Positions 57,627-60,677 of a DNA stretch of 60,677 nt are shown one piece after another. Source of the DNA: Candidatus Eiseniibacteriota bacterium (GTDB lineage Bacteria; Joyebacterota; Joyebacteria; Joyebacterales; Joyebacteraceae); contig JBDRFG010000034.1 of the NCBI GenBank assembly GCA_043819135.1, positions 1 through 60,677 on the forward strand. Direction: 5' to 3'. The notes below the pieces were generated by a model. It was not told the origin of the DNA, searched no databases, and worked only from the letters and a program-made list of their open reading frames with translations. Numbering within the stretch: position 1 is the stretch's first letter; each line of letters begins with the position of its first letter. The position numbers and the translations under genes are program-made.

Positions 57627-57919
57627 GTGTGTGAGAAGAGGTGTTTCACACGTGAGAGGAAGAACACAGGAACTGAGACACTGCTGAGCAGGAACGCTTT
57701 GGTCGGACCCGGCTCAGCAACGCATAGATTGGCCTCTGGGGGGACGTCGAGAGAAGACGGGCTAGAAAACGTGCCAAGACTAGCGTCAGCCGCAGCCCAA
57801 CTCCTACCCTTGACCGTTCTTCCGGAGGCCTTACTACGTCCAGCCCGCACGGACGACCCGATCGCGCCGCCAGGCGGGCCGCGTCGTCCGCGGACGCGGC
57901 GGCACGCGGGCATTTGCGG

Positions 57920-57948
57920 TTGCCAGCGGGTTCCGCCTTGGCTATTCT
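57920..57948 (+). promoter_or_regulatory. Sigma70 promoter of the ferritin-like/rubredoxin operon
   Basis: TTGCCA-17-TATTCT. Confidence 0.55.
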
Positions 57949-58005
57949 ATTAGTTAGTACGGGCAACGAGGTTTCTCGGGGTCTGGTCCCCACCGGAGGT
58001 TCCTG

Positions 58006-58521
58006 ATGATCGAGTATCTGCGAGAGGATGAGGTCTACCGCGTCGGCATGTGCATCGAAGAGGCCGGCCTCGACTTCTACACCAAGATGGCGGAGAAGGC
58101 GGACGACCTGGGCACGAAGCGGGTCTTCAAACGTCTTGCAAAGGACGAGAAGCAGCACCTCGCGTTCTTCGAGTCGCTGGAGCTCAAGACCGCTCGCGGA
58201 ATGGGGTCCGGTCCCGCCGAACACGACGCCGACACGTCGAAATACGTGTGCTCGCTCGTCGACGGCGGTATCTTTTCTAACCTGGGCAGGATGGAGAGCC
58301 TGGCTCGCCGCAAGTTCAATCCCGGGAAGGCCCTCGAGCTTGCGCTGCAGGTCGAGAAGGACGCGGTCCTCTACTACATGGAGGCGCTCGCGGCCACGAA
58401 GAAGCGTTCGACGCGGGAGGCCCTCTCCCGCCTCATCGACGAGGAGAAGAGTCACGTCGTTCGGATCTCGACGAGACTCGAGAATCTCAGGAAGAAGAAG
58501 GTACGTGAGGCCGGCAAGTAA
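58006..58521 (+). CDS. Rubrerythrin/ferritin-like diiron protein
   Basis: IEE.G..FY, LAKDEKQH, EKDA..YY, LIDEEKSH. Confidence 0.88.
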   Translation: MIEYLREDEVYRVGMCIEEAGLDFYTKMAEKADDLGTKRVFKRLAKDEKQHLAFFESLELKTARGMGSGPAEHDADTSKYVCSLVDGGIFSNLGRMESLARRKFNPGKALELALQVEKDAVLYYMEALAATKKRSTREALSRLIDEEKSHVVRISTRLENLRKKKVREAGK

Positions 58522-58536
58522 CCGGAGGGTAGCGGA

Positions 58537-58695
58537 TTGAAGAAGTACAAGTGCGCACTGTGTGGCTACGTCTACGACCCGGCCGTCGGAGACCCTGACG
58601 GCGGTGTCGAGCCGAACACCCCGTTCGAAGACATCCCCGAGGGATGGGTGTGCCCGGTCTGTGGAGCGAACAAGGACCAGTTCGAGGAAATGTAG
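58537..58695 (+). CDS. Rubredoxin (52 aa, TTG start, absent from the ORF track)
   Basis: [60 protein letters not shown]. Confidence 0.95.
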   Translation: MKKYKCALCGYVYDPAVGDPDGGVEPNTPFEDIPEGWVCPVCGANKDQFEEM

Positions 58696-58719
58696 TTACG
58701 GGCGAACTGAGATGGTATC

Positions 58720-58750
58720 GGAGCCCGGCCGATCCACGGTCGGGCTCCGC
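58720..58750 (+). terminator. Hairpin terminator
   Basis: ggagcccggccg...cggtcgggctcc. Confidence 0.6.
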
Positions 58751-58944
58751 CGTGTACTCGCTGCTCGCCGGTCATCGGCTCTGGCGCCATTCCGGCCACC
58801 GGTGCCGCGGCGGCGGGCTTTGCCATTGCCCCCTCGTCCCGCCGTCCGGTAGAATCTCAACAGCACCCCTGCGCAGATTGAGCGCCAGCCTGGCCGTCAC
58901 GGCTACGGTCGCGATCATCCTGAAGGCCAACAAAGGAGACTCAA

Positions 58945-60677
58945 ATGTCGAGGATCCCTTCTCGAGTTGCCGTGCCGCTGCTGATCGTTCTGCTCGGACT
59001 CCCGCTTCCGGTCCTGAGCGCCGACGGCGAGGCCGGGTCAGCTCTCAAGCGCGTCACGTTCACCTTCACCGCTACCAGGCCGTTCGACCGCGTGTTTCTT
59101 GCCGGCACGTTCAACGGCTGGAGCACCGACGCAACACCGATGAGCCTGGACGCGGGGCGATACGAGATCACCCTCCCGCTTCCCGTGGGCGAGTACTACT
59201 ACAAATTCGTCGCGGACGGAGAGTGGATCACGGACGAGAAGGCCAAGCGGTTCCTTCCCGACGGCTACGGTGGGAGAAACTCAGTGGTGGACGTCGACGA
59301 GTCGTTTGAGAGCATGGATCTTTCGAGGGGCGACGGGCGGATATTCCTCGACGGGCTGGGGCATCGCGAGGACGCGTGGGAGCGGTCGGTCGGCCCCGGC
59401 GGTGCGGTGACCATTCGTGCCCGCGCCTGGAAAGGCGACGTCGATGGAGTGCGCCTGGTCTGGCTTGGGAACCCCGGAGAGGGTGGAGAGGACGGCGCGT
59501 GCGCCGGAAGCCCTGCGCTCGGCGACCAGATGCTCCTTCTGGACACCGACGGCACCTACGACTACTACAGCGTCGATCTGAACTCGCCGCGCTTCACGTA
59601 CTACTTCGTTCTGGAGGACGGCGACTCGCGCGCCACCCTCGATCGCGCGGGGGCACACGCGGAGCCGTTGGACGATCCCGATCCCTTCCGGTTCGACGCC
59701 TCGGAGCAGGCGTCCTTCGAGACTCCCGACTGGGTGAAGGACGGCATCTTCTATCAGATCTTCCCCGAGCGCTTCGCCAACGGGAACCCTGACAACGATC
59801 CCGATTTCACCGAATGGTACTACCAGGGCCTCACCGAACTGCCCCCGTCCGGTAAGACGAACGGGGAGTACTTCCACCTGATGGACGACTGGTACGACGT
59901 CGACGGGCTCGCGAAGAGCCCGTACAAGACCGACGGGAAGCCGGACTGGAACTCGTTCTACGGCGGTGACATCGAGGGAGTGCGCGCGAACCTCGACTAT
60001 CTGCAGGATCTCGGCGTGACGATCATCTACCTCAATCCCGTCTTCGAATCGAAGAGCAATCACAAGTACGACGCGGTGACATACCAGAAGCTGGATCCTC
60101 ACCTCGGGACGAACGAGGAGTTCGCGGCGTTCGTCACCGAGTGCCACGCGCGGGGCATGCGCGTCGTCATCGACCTCGCCATCAACCACACGGGGCACAC
60201 CCACTGGGCGTTCGTCGACGCCAGGGAGAAGGGTGAGAAGTCGGAGTACTGGGACTGGTACGAGTGGAAGAGCTGGCCCGTGCCGGGCGAAACCGTGCAC
60301 ACGCCGGCAAACCCGCTCGACTACTACGAATGCTGGTGGGGATTCGGGCAGATGCCCAATCTCAACTTTGATCTCAAGCGGGCGAATCCGGAGGAGCAGT
60401 CGGTCACCGAGATCGCTGACGCCGAGCCGAACTGGCCGCTCGTCAACCACCTGCTGGACGTAACCGAGTACTGGCTCTCCGACGTGGGCATTGACGGCTA
60501 CCGGCTCGACGTGGCGGGCGAGGTGCCGTTCTGGTTCTGGGAGCTCTTCCGCGAGAGAGTGAGGTCGGCCAACCCCGACGCGTACATACTGGGCGAGCTG
60601 TGGGGAGCGTCACCCGAGTGGGTCAACGGCCGCTACTTCGACGCGGTGATGAACTACAAGTTCTTCCGTGATCCGGT
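58945..60677 (+). CDS. Secreted GH13 alpha-amylase/neopullulanase-like enzyme with N-terminal CBM48-type domain, runs off the 3' end
   Basis: AAGGAG RBS with ATG 58945; VFLAGTFNGW, YYYKFV.DG.W, TPDWVKDG.FYQIFPERF, YGGDI.G, NHKYD, DGYRLDVA, GELW. Confidence 0.92.
   Translation, partial: MSRIPSRVAVPLLIVLLGLPLPVLSADGEAGSALKRVTFTFTATRPFDRVFLAGTFNGWSTDATPMSLDAGRYEITLPLPVGEYYYKFVADGEWITDEKAKRFLPDGYGGRNSVVDVDESFESMDLSRGDGRIFLDGLGHREDAWERSVGPGGAVTIRARAWKGDVDGVRLVWLGNPGEGGEDGACAGSPALGDQMLLLDTDGTYDYYSVDLNSPRFTYYFVLEDGDSRATLDRAGAHAEPLDDPDPFRFDASEQASFETPDWVKDGIFYQIFPERFANGNPDNDPDFTEWYYQGLTELPPSGKTNGEYFHLMDDWYDVDGLAKSPYKTDGKPDWNSFYGGDIEGVRANLDYLQDLGVTIIYLNPVFESKSNHKYDAVTYQKLDPHLGTNEEFAAFVTECHARGMRVVIDLAINHTGHTHWAFVDAREKGEKSEYWDWYEWKSWPVPGETVHTPANPLDYYECWWGFGQMPNLNFDLKRANPEEQSVTEIADAEPNWPLVNHLLDVTEYWLSDVGIDGYRLDVAGEVPFWFWELFRERVRSANPDAYILGELWGASPEWVNGRYFDAVMNYKFFRDP

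Noticed and set aside
57761..57777. Minus-strand TTGGCACGTTTTCTAGC as a sigma54 promoter
   Set aside because: GG-to-GC spacing is 11 and TTGC is absent.

Overview
This is a GC-rich bacterial chromosomal window of about 45 genes. It has no rRNA, complete tRNA, CRISPR array or intact mobile-element gene. Gene content suggests a diderm anaerobe (OmpA, TonB receptor, hcp, rubredoxins, rubrerythrin-like ferritin); the many secreted proteins with FlgD/T9SS-like tails suggest an FCB-associated candidate phylum such as Eisenbacteria/Krumholzibacteriota/Latescibacterota (inference). Recognisable genes are hcp with an Rrf2 regulator, cspA, hflK/hflC, mnmA, a sugar ABC binding protein and permeases, two Thr-type sulfatase-like enzymes, arylsulfotransferases, an S8 protease, three beta-helix proteins and a GH13 amylase. 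The main signals are: (1) a secreted protein whose in-frame UGA (48349) is followed by a SECIS-like hairpin and a further domain half ending in a sorting tail, a candidate new selenoprotein family; (2) a second, damaged UxxC Omp28-like selenoprotein; (3) five unrelated secreted proteins ending in a short W(G/S)xIKxx(Y/F) tail that swaps with the FlgD-like C-terminal domain between paralogues, suggesting a minimal sorting signal; (4) one ORF joining an inner-membrane ECF-S-like domain, an internal signal peptide and a TonB-dependent receptor; (5) two promoter-to-terminator ncRNA candidates, one 6S-like; (6) tRNA-3'-like att remnants and a degenerate attC near the left end; (7) several gene remnants with internal deletions. 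All family calls come from motif recognition by eye, not database searches.
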